Assembly (NCBI GenBank): GCA_028289135.1 | Contig: JAQGGW010000005.1 | Location: 70,758 to 134,757 of the forward strand | DNA: 64,000 nucleotides | DNA from: Candidatus Saccharimonadota bacterium | GTDB taxonomy: Bacteria > Patescibacteriota > Saccharimonadia > Saccharimonadales > JACDBH01 | Direction: 5' to 3' | Shown: piece by piece, positions 55,511 through 64,000 of the stretch | Layout: every line of letters starts with the position of its first letter | How positions within the stretch are numbered: position 1 is the first letter of the stretch | Position numbers and translations under genes: made by a program | Notes under the pieces: model-generated | The model's input: the letters and a program-made list of their open reading frames with translations, nothing else | Told to the model about the DNA's origin: nothing | Databases searched by the model: none

Positions 55511-58077
55511 CTTTGCAAAAATGCCTGAATTGCCGCAAGATCCCGCTGCTTCCATGCAATCTGCCATTTGAGCATTTCTTCGCCTTGCTTTATGGCGCGC
55601 ACGAGGCCAGGGGTTTGCTTGTCTTTAAAGAACTCGTTATATTCTTTCAAAAATTCGGGGTTGCTAAACGCTCGGCCGGCGTAGATCGGCGTGCGCGAAA
55701 AGCTCAGGTCGCTTCCCAGTTCTTTTTCGAGCCAGCCCCAGTTTTTGACCATCCACTTCCAGGCCGCGTCTTTCGAGAAGCGGTTTCCAAAGCTATAGGC
55801 CAGCCAATACATAGCGTCTTGGCGGCGGACAATGTCGGTATTAATCAGGCTGAGAGCTTTTTCGTAGAGCGCCGGCTGCTTAAAGTTGGTGAGCGCAGCG
55901 GCTAAGGTCACGCGTTCTTCGCTGTTGGTTGTCTTGTTGTGGAGGAGCAAAAGCTTATCAAATGTCTTGCTGTCGCCGTTGCGGGCGGCGGTGGTGTAGA
56001 TGATCCCGCGCAGGTCGGCCGGGATGTCTTCTGGGGCTTTCATGAGGTCAAAACGGCTCAGGGCTTCTTTGGTGGTCAACGGTTCGTCGGCACCGGCGTT
56101 AAGGCCGATGATTGTCGGGCGGAGGAGTTTGTCGAAGTGGCTGTCGGTAGCTTTTTCTTCCCAGCCAAGGCGGTTAAGCTCGCGGGCGGTGAGCTTCACA
56201 ATAAAAGGCTTAATGGCATCACGGACAGCGTCGTCGTCCATGACACGGCGTATTTCACCGATGTTCATGGCAATGATGTCCCAAACGGCGGAGTTACTTT
56301 CGGCTTCGTAGGCGGCAAGGAGTTGAAGGGCAGAGTTTAGCGGTGTGTATCCAGATTTGGCGGCCTCAAAACTGTCGCTTAAAAGCCCCAAACGGTCCAG
56401 AGGTGAAAAGTTGACAATTATAGATGCAAACTCGGCAATGCTGCTTGGGTCGTAGACGGTACGGTAAAAACCGCTTTGGCCTTGGTTGATCTTGGCGGGC
56501 GCAGCCGTGGTATACACAGCTTGGGCACTTGTGAAGCTTTCAGGGGCATCTGCGGGGCCCAGGACAGGGACAGGCCAGTGCAATGGGCTCTTTTGGGCTG
56601 GCTTATCGAGGTAGAACCTTTCTTGGGTCAAATTTGTCTTTTTGCCATCCGTAGCAACAGAGACGATCGGAAAGCCTGGCTGGGACGTCCAGGCATGCAT
56701 AAACTGTTTTACCGGCTTTTTAGAGATGTCTTCCAGCGCCTGCCAGAGGTCGAGCGTGTCGGTGTTTTTGTAGGCGTGCTGCTTGAGGTAGTGCCGGAGG
56801 CCGTCGCGGAAATGTTCCGCGCCCAGGTAGCCGTGGAGCATATGGATAACGCTGGCGCCCTTGTTATAGCTAATAGCGTCAAAAATGCTGCGGATTTCGT
56901 CCGGGTGGTTGATAGGGACTTCGATGGGGTGGGTGTTATCGAGCGCGTCTAGCTTCATGGCACTTTGTTGCTCATCCACAATAAACTGCGTCCACATGTC
57001 CCATTCCGGGAAGAGTTTGTCGACAGCTAAATATTCAATCCAAGACGCAAAGCCTTCGTTAAGCCAAAGGTCGGTCCACCAGCGCATGGTGACGAGGTTG
57101 CCGAACCACTGGTGGGCAAGCTCGTGCGCCACCACCATAGCGACGTATTGCTTGGTTGGCAGGCTGGTGTTTTTTGGGTCAACCAACATGCATTGTTCGC
57201 GGTAGGTAATTAGGCCCCAGTTTTCCATGGCGCCGCTTGCAAAGTCGGGCAGGGCGATCATGTCGGATTTGGGCAATGGGAATGGAATGCCGAAGTAGTC
57301 TTCATAAAAGTCGAGGCACTTTACGGCAACATCAAGCGCAAAGTCGGTTTGGTCAACTTTATCCAAGGTTGCAAAAGCACGAACCAAAGTCCCGCTTTTT
57401 GTTTTTGCTTCTTTATAACCAATTTCGCCATGTACGAAGGCCAGCAAGTAGGTACTCATAATGGGTGTAATTTCAAAGAAGGTAGTTGTTAGGTCGCCCT
57501 CAACCATTGTGGAACGGACTGGAGTGTTGGCGATAACGGTTTCTGTTTTTGACGAGGGCGTAATTAAAGCAAGGTCAAATGTTGCTTTGGCTTCCGGCTC
57601 GTCGATGCAAGGGAAGACTTCACGGGCATGGTGGCTTTCGAACTGGGTCGCGATAAGATATTTCTTTTTGCCGTCCAGCGTAAAGTAGCATGGATATAGG
57701 CCGTTCATAGGGTCAGTGATGGTGCCGTTAAACTCTAGGACAACATGGTATTCACCGGGGTAAAGGTTCTCGGCGGTGTGTAAGCGGACTTCGTCATATG
57801 ATTTTTGTATATTAATGCGGTCTATTTTTATTTTGGTCCCATCTGTTTTGCTGCCTTTTGTATGCACTTTGTGGAGAATCGCGCTGGTAACATTAAGATC
57901 TTTTGCATGAAAGGTTAAGCGCTGGCTTGGGCGGCCCGTTTTTTGTCCGCGGATTGTAACAGTTCCGCCAAATTTCTTGCCCTTTGGATCAAGATTTAAC
58001 TCCAGTATGTAGTCACTTGGTTTGAAAGTTTCGAATAATCTCACTAATTTTTTTGTGCTCATGATCTGCCTCCGCAT
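55507..58077 (-). CDS. pepN: aminopeptidase N (M1 family)
   Basis: GAMENWG exopeptidase motif and the HELAHQWFGN...x18...E zinc-binding motif. Confidence 0.85.
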   Translation of the reverse strand: MRRQIMSTKKLVRLFETFKPSDYILELNLDPKGKKFGGTVTIRGQKTGRPSQRLTFHAKDLNVTSAILHKVHTKGSKTDGTKIKIDRINIQKSYDEVRLHTAENLYPGEYHVVLEFNGTITDPMNGLYPCYFTLDGKKKYLIATQFESHHAREVFPCIDEPEAKATFDLALITPSSKTETVIANTPVRSTMVEGDLTTTFFEITPIMSTYLLAFVHGEIGYKEAKTKSGTLVRAFATLDKVDQTDFALDVAVKCLDFYEDYFGIPFPLPKSDMIALPDFASGAMENWGLITYREQCMLVDPKNTSLPTKQYVAMVVAHELAHQWFGNLVTMRWWTDLWLNEGFASWIEYLAVDKLFPEWDMWTQFIVDEQQSAMKLDALDNTHPIEVPINHPDEIRSIFDAISYNKGASVIHMLHGYLGAEHFRDGLRHYLKQHAYKNTDTLDLWQALEDISKKPVKQFMHAWTSQPGFPIVSVATDGKKTNLTQERFYLDKPAQKSPLHWPVPVLGPADAPESFTSAQAVYTTAAPAKINQGQSGFYRTVYDPSSIAEFASIIVNFSPLDRLGLLSDSFEAAKSGYTPLNSALQLLAAYEAESNSAVWDIIAMNIGEIRRVMDDDAVRDAIKPFIVKLTARELNRLGWEEKATDSHFDKLLRPTIIGLNAGADEPLTTKEALSRFDLMKAPEDIPADLRGIIYTTAARNGDSKTFDKLLLLHNKTTNSEERVTLAAALTNFKQPALYEKALSLINTDIVRRQDAMYWLAYSFGNRFSKDAAWKWMVKNWGWLEKELGSDLSFSRTPIYAGRAFSNPEFLKEYNEFFKDKQTPGLVRAIKQGEEMLKWQIAWKQRDLAAIQAFLQS

Positions 58078-58140
58078 AAGTTGTTCTATGGCCGGCTTTT
58101 ATTGTAGCAACAGATGCGGGATGTGTGCTAACATTTATAT

Positions 58141-58416
58141 ATGGATAACGACCAGCTTGTTGGTGAACTAACACGGGTACTGGATACGCGCTTGGATGAT
58201 ATTAAGCAGATTTTTAAGGCTGAGCTGTCACAAACCGAGCAGAATATACGCGCAGAAATTCAAGAGGTGAAAGACGAGCTACTTACCGAGATAAAAGACT
58301 TACGTACTGAAATGCACGAAGGTTTTGAAGGAATTGCCGATATAATTAGCACCCATAATGACCAGCTAGACGATCACGAGACACGCTTGACTAAACTTAT
58401 GCCAAAAGCCGCATAA
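58141..58416 (+). CDS. small coiled-coil protein, hypothetical
   Basis: 91-aa acidic, heptad-rich ORF. Confidence 0.3.
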   Translation: MDNDQLVGELTRVLDTRLDDIKQIFKAELSQTEQNIRAEIQEVKDELLTEIKDLRTEMHEGFEGIADIISTHNDQLDDHETRLTKLMPKAA

Positions 58417-58503
58417 TTTACTTTTTGGAGCAGTTGTAGTAATATACAAGTATTCGTCCGGCCACAGTGGTCGGATTTTTTAATGAAAATAAGGAGAAAC
58501 ATC

Positions 58504-59658
58504 ATGGAATTAGACATGAAACAGCTCGGTTTGGCCATCAAGACCATTGCCGAAGAGAAAAACTTAGACGAAGCAGTTGTGCAAGAAGTCGTAGAACAGG
58601 CTTTGGCTGCAGCTTACCGCCGAGATTATGGCGACCGCGAACAAGAAGTCCGCGTAACTATGAACCTGAACACCGGTGACGTTGATGCGTATGTCACCAA
58701 GAACATCGTCGACGAAGTCACCGACGAATTTATCGAAATTAGCCTTAAAGACGCTGGTGTTATGCGTAAAAACGCGGCAGTTGGCGAAACAATTGAAATC
58801 CACCAAAAAGTTGAAAGCTTTGGCCGTGTTGCTGCTCAGACTGCTAAGCAGGTTATATTGCAGCGCCTCCGCGAAGCAGAGCGGGAAATTGTTATGGCCG
58901 AATATGAAGATAAAATTGGTACTGTCATTAATGGTCTAGTAGGACGCGTAGAAGGCAATATTGTCCGGATGGAGCTTGGCAAGGCGCAGGCGATTATGCC
59001 AAAAAGCGAGCAGATTCAGAGCGAGCGTTATTACCCGGGCCAGCGTTTGAAGGTATATCTTAAAGACGTTGAGCGCGGTTTCCGCGGACCGCAGTTGGTT
59101 GTATCACGCGGCTGCCCAGAATTTGTTGAATGGCTCTTTCGAGCCGAAGTTCCAGAAATGGAAAGCGGCGCCGTGAGCATTAAGGCGATTGCCCGCGAAG
59201 CTGGTGTGCGCAGCAAGATTGCTGTTGCAAGCTCAGTTAGCGGTGTTGATCCAGTCGGCACCTTTGTTGGCGGCCATGGAACACGTGTGAACGCAGTTAT
59301 GAGTGAAGTCGGCGAACAGGAAAAGATTGATATTGTGGTTTGGAATGATGACCTTAAAACCTTCATTTCTCAGGCACTTAGCCCAACAAAAGTTAACCGC
59401 GTTGAAATCCATGAAGATGTTAAAAAAGCCGGCGTTTTCGTCGACGAAGACCAGCTGAGCATTGCCATCGGCAAAAGCGGCCAGAACGTGCGCTTAGCCA
59501 GCAAGCTAACAGGTTACGACATTGATATTATTGCCGACAAGCCAGTCGCTCCAGAAGCCGAGACGGTTGTTGAGTCAGCCAAGCCAGTTCAGAAGCTGAA
59601 GAAGAAGGAACAGCTCGAAAGTTCACTGCTTGACGCTATTGAAGAGCATGGAGAATAA
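58504..59658 (+). CDS. nusA: transcription termination/antitermination factor NusA
   Basis: NusA N-terminal domain, S1 and KH regions. Start moved to ATG 58504, because the upstream ATG 58483 lies inside the RBS aaggag. Confidence 0.85.
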   Translation: MELDMKQLGLAIKTIAEEKNLDEAVVQEVVEQALAAAYRRDYGDREQEVRVTMNLNTGDVDAYVTKNIVDEVTDEFIEISLKDAGVMRKNAAVGETIEIHQKVESFGRVAAQTAKQVILQRLREAEREIVMAEYEDKIGTVINGLVGRVEGNIVRMELGKAQAIMPKSEQIQSERYYPGQRLKVYLKDVERGFRGPQLVVSRGCPEFVEWLFRAEVPEMESGAVSIKAIAREAGVRSKIAVASSVSGVDPVGTFVGGHGTRVNAVMSEVGEQEKIDIVVWNDDLKTFISQALSPTKVNRVEIHEDVKKAGVFVDEDQLSIAIGKSGQNVRLASKLTGYDIDIIADKPVAPEAETVVESAKPVQKLKKKEQLESSLLDAIEEHGE

Positions 59659-59666
59659 ATACCTAA

Positions 59667-60029
59667 ATGAGCTATAGGCCTGAAGATTTTCCGGGCACTT
59701 ATCCGGATGAATGGTATGAGACTTATGTGGGAAAAATTGTAGGACACGTATCTTTACTAAGAGATATGCTTGGAAGAGATAGTACGAACCCGTACATTAT
59801 GCCTTCTCATTTTATTCCAAGAATCTTCTTTTCGATTGTTTCATGGGAAGGAGGCCAGTGCTACGAAACTATATCTGGAGGATCTGGGATAGTAATGGAT
59901 TTGTTAGAGGATAGAGACGTTCCGGCTGTTACTCTAGCAGACTTTAAGTTATTTGATGAGATATTAGATGATCCTGAAGATAGTATTGTTGTTGATAGAT
60001 CTGATTTAAAAAGAAATTGCACTAGATAA
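59667..60029 (+). CDS. hypothetical protein (120 aa), low GC
   Basis: ~40% GC with AGA/ATA-rich codon usage unlike its neighbours. Immediately downstream of nusA. Confidence 0.4.
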   Translation: MSYRPEDFPGTYPDEWYETYVGKIVGHVSLLRDMLGRDSTNPYIMPSHFIPRIFFSIVSWEGGQCYETISGGSGIVMDLLEDRDVPAVTLADFKLFDEILDDPEDSIVVDRSDLKRNCTR

Positions 60030-60097
60030 AATAGGTAGTATTATTGGCGCTTCAGCACCACCAGAGCGCTGGCACGACGTAGACTAAAATCTGAGAA

Positions 60098-60126
60098 TTA
60101 GCACTCTTGACCGTGCCAAGAGTACT
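60098..60126. promoter_or_regulatory. degenerate CIRCE-like element (TTAGCACTC-N13-GAGTaCT)
   Basis: The left half-site is perfect. The right half-site carries one mismatch and the wrong spacing. Confidence 0.3.
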
Positions 60127-60275
60127 CCTTGCCACTTTGCCTGAAATAATCTGGCGGTCTCATCTTAATATTTTGCCTGTGGCTAGCCTTCACCGTAACT
60201 ATTTACGCCTCAGACTTGTCCTCGGCAAGAATATCCAGCTGAGCCTCACCTGCTTATCCCAGCCAAAAGTGTCAA

Positions 60276-60302
60276 TTAGCACTCTTGACACGTGAGTGCT
60301 AA
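60276..60302. promoter_or_regulatory. CIRCE element (HrcA operator) TTAGCACTC-N9-GAGTGCTAA
   Basis: Exact match to the CIRCE consensus, 68 nt upstream of the clpC-like start codon. Its 9-nt spacer contains the TTGACA -35 hexamer. Confidence 0.6.
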
Positions 60303-60313
60303 TTACGTATTCT
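60285..60313 (+). promoter_or_regulatory. sigma70-like promoter TTGACA-17-TATTCT overlapping CIRCE
   Basis: Spacing and hexamers read directly from the sequence. Confidence 0.4.
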
Positions 60314-60369
60314 GGAAAGGTGTGATAAAGATAACAGCAGATGTAAGAAAGTGTGGGTAAAATAGAACT

Positions 60370-62856
60370 ATGATGCCGCAAAATCCAGATTTCCAGGAAT
60401 TTTTGAACCATTTAACAGAGAATGCACTGCAGTCTCTAAAGCACGCCGATGCGATTGCACGTAGCTTTAACAGCCCATACATTGGCACGGAGCATTTGCT
60501 GCTTGGCATTTTGGCCCAGGACGCGTCAATGGGTGCCAAGGTGCTTGAAGGCACGGGTGTGACTCTGGAGCGTGCACGTGTGGCTTTAAACCTATCTCCT
60601 AAAGGTGTTGTTATCAATATGGGTGCTAAGGGTTTGAGCGAAACAGCCAAGCTAACACTCAAGATGGCTTATGAATTGGCGCAGGAGTTTAACCAGGATT
60701 TTTGTGGTACTGAGCATATTCTCTATAGTATTTTGAGCCAAAAAAATGCCCGGGCTACAACATTGCTGCGCGATATGAACGTTAGTTTGGATTCACTAAA
60801 CAACGAGCTGGAGCAGTTTTTAAACCGCCAGCATTACGAAGATGAAGGCAACACTGGTACGCGCCGCCGCGGCAAAAAAGGCAACCGCCAGAAGACAGCA
60901 CTGGACACTTATGGCACGGATATGACGGCCCAAGCCCGTGCCGGAAAGCTTGACCCGGTTGTTGGGCGCGAAGACCAGCTAAAGCGCGTGATTACAATCT
61001 TGAACCGCCGCACCAAAAATAACCCGGTATTAATTGGGGAACCTGGTGTTGGTAAGACGGCAATTGTTGAAGGTTTAGCGCAAAGAATTATAAGCGAAGA
61101 CGTCCCAGACAGCTTGCTCGACAAGCGCATTATAATGCTCGATCTTGCTGGAATGATCGCTGGTACAAAATATCGCGGTGAGTTTGAAGAGCGGCTTAAA
61201 AAAGTTATGGCCGAGCTTGAGGACGACAACAAAACAGTGATTTTTATTGACGAAATCCACCTGCTGGTTGGCGCTGGTTCGGCCGAAGGTTCAATGGACG
61301 CAGGAAACATTCTAAAACCTGCCTTGGCCCGGGGTAAAATCCAGGTAATTGGTGCTACAACCACAAATGAATACACCAAATATATCGAGAAAGATGCAGC
61401 CTTGGAGCGCCGTTTCCAGCCTATCCAAGTTCCAGAAACAACGCCGTCAGAAACGCTAGCAATCTTAAAAGGCCTACGTAAACACTACGAAGCTTTCCAC
61501 GGCGTGGCTATTGGCGATGAAGTATTGGAAGACACTGTGAACCTCGCTAAACGTTATGTTAATGATAGATTTATGCCTGACAAAGCAATTGACCTGCTGG
61601 ACGAAGCTGCCGCTCATTTGCGAGTAGACAAGGGTAAAACGCCTCCAGAAGTCCGCAAAGTCCAAAAAGAGCTTAAGCTGATCAATGTCAGGATCGAAGA
61701 AGCGGTCGACAATGAAGACTACCAAAAAGCGGCCGGCTACAAACAGAAGGCCAGCCAGCTGCAGGCCAGTTTAGACAAGTTGCAAAAGGCCGGCAAAGGT
61801 TCAAAGCGGCTCGTTATGACAAGCGAAGACGTTGCTGCAGTTGTGGCTCGCATGACCGGAGTTCCTGTAAACAAAGTAATCCGATCGGAAGCGAAATATC
61901 TTCGCAATCTTGAAGGCGCGCTCAGTAAACACGTGATAGGCCAGGACGAAGCGGTTGAAGCATTGGCGCGCGCTGTCCGGCGTAACCGCGTTGGTATCGG
62001 CCAAACTACACGCCCTATCGGTTCGTTTATATTCCTAGGTCCAACGGGGGTTGGAAAAACTGAGCTTGCCCGTGTGCTGAGCCGTGAATTTTTTGGCTCG
62101 GATAAAAACCTGATCAAGATTGATATGAGTGAGTTTGGCGAGCACCACAATGTGTCACGCCTAGTTGGCGCACCTGCAGGCTATGTTGGATATGACGATG
62201 GCGGCCAGCTGACTGACAAAATCCGCCGCCAGCCATATAGCGTAGTGCTGTTTGATGAGATTGAAAAAGCCCATCCAGAAGTGTTTAATATGCTGCTCCA
62301 GATTTTAGAAGACGGCAAATTAACAGACGCCAAAGGCCGTGCTATCGACTTTACAAACACTATTGTCATCATGACCAGCAACATCGGCGCAGACAAGCTC
62401 CAAAAAGAAGCTGGACTTGGCTTTAATGCCAGCGCTAAAAAGGATTTTGACAACCTGGATGCCGCCCATGCCCAAAACAAGAGCAAGGTTCTGGATGAGC
62501 TTAAAAAGCTAATGCGCCCAGAACTATTGAACCGTATCGACAAAACTATTGTCTTCCGTGCGCTGACTAAAAAAGATGCGCTTAAGATTGTGGATTTACA
62601 GCTTGAAGAACTGCGAAACCGGTTGGTAAAACATGGGCTTGGACTGGACGTTAACAAAGCCGCCAAAGAACTGATGCTAGAGCAGGGCTATGATGCCAAA
62701 AATGGTGTACGCCCTATGCGCCGTCTGATCCAGGACGAGATTGAAGACCATATTGCCAGCGGATTGCTAGACGAATCTTACCAAAAAGGCGATGTTGTTT
62801 CGGTGACTACAAAAGCTGGCAAAATAACTTTTGCACCGCTGCGCGAAAAAGCCTAA
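60370..62856 (+). CDS. clpC: Clp/Hsp100 ATPase, ClpC-like
   Basis: Two Clp_N repeats. AAA1 [19 protein letters not shown] short middle domain. AAA2 [15 protein letters not shown]. 828 aa. Confidence 0.85.
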   Translation: MMPQNPDFQEFLNHLTENALQSLKHADAIARSFNSPYIGTEHLLLGILAQDASMGAKVLEGTGVTLERARVALNLSPKGVVINMGAKGLSETAKLTLKMAYELAQEFNQDFCGTEHILYSILSQKNARATTLLRDMNVSLDSLNNELEQFLNRQHYEDEGNTGTRRRGKKGNRQKTALDTYGTDMTAQARAGKLDPVVGREDQLKRVITILNRRTKNNPVLIGEPGVGKTAIVEGLAQRIISEDVPDSLLDKRIIMLDLAGMIAGTKYRGEFEERLKKVMAELEDDNKTVIFIDEIHLLVGAGSAEGSMDAGNILKPALARGKIQVIGATTTNEYTKYIEKDAALERRFQPIQVPETTPSETLAILKGLRKHYEAFHGVAIGDEVLEDTVNLAKRYVNDRFMPDKAIDLLDEAAAHLRVDKGKTPPEVRKVQKELKLINVRIEEAVDNEDYQKAAGYKQKASQLQASLDKLQKAGKGSKRLVMTSEDVAAVVARMTGVPVNKVIRSEAKYLRNLEGALSKHVIGQDEAVEALARAVRRNRVGIGQTTRPIGSFIFLGPTGVGKTELARVLSREFFGSDKNLIKIDMSEFGEHHNVSRLVGAPAGYVGYDDGGQLTDKIRRQPYSVVLFDEIEKAHPEVFNMLLQILEDGKLTDAKGRAIDFTNTIVIMTSNIGADKLQKEAGLGFNASAKKDFDNLDAAHAQNKSKVLDELKKLMRPELLNRIDKTIVFRALTKKDALKIVDLQLEELRNRLVKHGLGLDVNKAAKELMLEQGYDAKNGVRPMRRLIQDEIEDHIASGLLDESYQKGDVVSVTTKAGKITFAPLREKA

Positions 62857-62902
62857 ACAGTTCACTAGATAACTAAGTTTAAAATGGTTAAACTAAAACA
62901 GT

Positions 62903-63877
62903 ATGCAAAAGCGTAAACACCGATATTTAGCTGGAATATTCACTCTTTTACTTTTGGCTATTCCGGTGGTGGGGCTGTTGGAGCACCAGGCAGTTTTTGA
63001 CGCGATTCGTCTGCATGGCTATACCGCTCCAGACAGCATTAGCCAGCTGGCGACTGATACCGCCATGCAGCCATCGATGCGCCGGCTTTTTTATGTGTAC
63101 CATCCGGCAATCGAAGACAAAACAGATTTTAATAAATCATGCCGTGATAACGAACAAACCATTGTGCTAGGTTGCTATGTCGATACGCGCGGAATATATC
63201 TGCTGAATGTGACAGATAGCCGCTTAACTGGTGTTGAACAGGTTACTGCCGCGCATGAGACACTGCACGCGGCCTATGCGCGCTTAAGTACCACCGAACG
63301 CAAGCGCGTGGACAAACTAACGGCTGATTATTTTGCCAATGCAACCGACCAGCGCCTTAAAGATACGATTGAGCTCTATAAAAAACAGGATCCAAGCGTG
63401 GTGCCCAACGAGCTGCATTCGATTCTAGGCACCGAAGTACGCACACTTCCGGCCGAACTAGAAACGTATTACAAACAGTATTTTTCGGACCGCAGCAAGG
63501 TTGTCGACTTTTCTGAACAGTATGAAAAGGCCTTTACAGAGCGCAAAAACCAGATTGTGGCTTATGACGCACAGCTTAGCAGCCTTAAGGAGCAGATAGA
63601 CAGCCTGCAAACTTCCCTTACTGCCCAGGCATCATCTTTGAGCGCCGAACGGGAGCGTTTAAGCGGATTGCGGTCTTCTGGACAAGTGGCGGCTTACAAC
63701 GCGGCAGTCCCGGGGTTTAACCAGCAGGTGAATAAATATAACCAGGACATTGATACGCTGAGCGATATAATCAGCGAATACAACGACATCGTCCCAAAGC
63801 GCAACGCGATTGCCGAACAGGAATCAGATCTAGTAAAGGCAATAGACAGCCGGAGCAGTGTTCCCGCCCACCAATAA
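62903..63877 (+). CDS. hypothetical membrane-anchored protein with an HEXXH motif and a C-terminal coiled coil
   Basis: N-terminal TM. AAHETLHAAY is a zincin-like HExxH. The C-terminal 120 aa are heptad-rich. Confidence 0.4.
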   Translation: MQKRKHRYLAGIFTLLLLAIPVVGLLEHQAVFDAIRLHGYTAPDSISQLATDTAMQPSMRRLFYVYHPAIEDKTDFNKSCRDNEQTIVLGCYVDTRGIYLLNVTDSRLTGVEQVTAAHETLHAAYARLSTTERKRVDKLTADYFANATDQRLKDTIELYKKQDPSVVPNELHSILGTEVRTLPAELETYYKQYFSDRSKVVDFSEQYEKAFTERKNQIVAYDAQLSSLKEQIDSLQTSLTAQASSLSAERERLSGLRSSGQVAAYNAAVPGFNQQVNKYNQDIDTLSDIISEYNDIVPKRNAIAEQESDLVKAIDSRSSVPAHQ

Positions 63878-63905
63878 TTAACAATCTGATACACTAGTGG
63901 GTACT

Positions 63906-64000
63906 ATGGCGAGGAAAAACCAAACAACCTTTGTTTGCAGTAATTGCGGCGCCCATCACAGCAGCTGGATGGGCAAGTGCAGTAATTGCGGCGAATGGAA
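63906..64000 (+). CDS. radA: DNA repair protein RadA/Sms, N-terminal fragment (continues past window)
   Basis: FVCSNCGAHHSSWMGKCSNCGEW, the C4 zinc finger typical of the RadA N-terminus. Confidence 0.7.
   Translation, partial: MARKNQTTFVCSNCGAHHSSWMGKCSNCGEW

Noticed and set aside
1-64000. CRISPR arrays, diversity-generating retroelements, prophage/integrase or IS elements
   Set aside because: There are no short direct-repeat arrays. There is no reverse transcriptase, integrase, transposase or capsid-like ORF. The only repeats found are the two-hairpin element and the tcaccgtacc motif. The two copies of the hairpin element differ by ordinary transitions, not A-specific template/variable-repeat substitutions.

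Overview
This 64 kb window comes from a compact bacterial genome of about 50% GC. It is densely coding, mostly on the + strand, with many 4-nt start/stop overlaps. The gene content suggests a reduced-genome, Gram-positive-like organism. That content includes pheST, gatC/A/B, uvrB, dnaE, nusA, rplS, rnhB, clpC and radA, plus a long glycolysis/pentose-phosphate operon (gap-rpiB-rpe-split tkt-fba), an isolated PilB/GspE ATPase, and CAP-domain and YHYH surface proteins. It is possibly Saccharibacteria/CPR-like, but that placement is inference only. I see no rRNA, tRNA, CRISPR array, transposase or integrase.

Features that stand out against the housekeeping background:
- A 413-nt convergent intergenic space 3' of dnaE that carries one copy of a two-hairpin repeat element (a second copy lies 3' of uvrB) followed by a ~187-nt extended imperfect hairpin rod, a candidate structured ncRNA.
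- A translationally coupled pair: an unrecognisable 412-aa protein followed by a LOG/SLOG-fold protein, then a small secreted Cys protein.
- Small membrane-anchored ORFs wedged with overlapping stops/starts inside two conserved operons, between tktN and tktC and between gatA and gatB.
- A perfect CIRCE (HrcA) operator overlapping the -35 element of a clpC-like gene, with a degenerate second copy upstream.
- A palindromic Fur/Zur box between a divergent fur-family regulator and a ZIP transporter.
- Several low-GC hypothetical genes that look horizontally acquired.
- A recurring 10-mer (tcaccgtacc) in three intergenic regions.

All calls rest on reading the translated ORFs and the raw sequence. 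No database searches were run.
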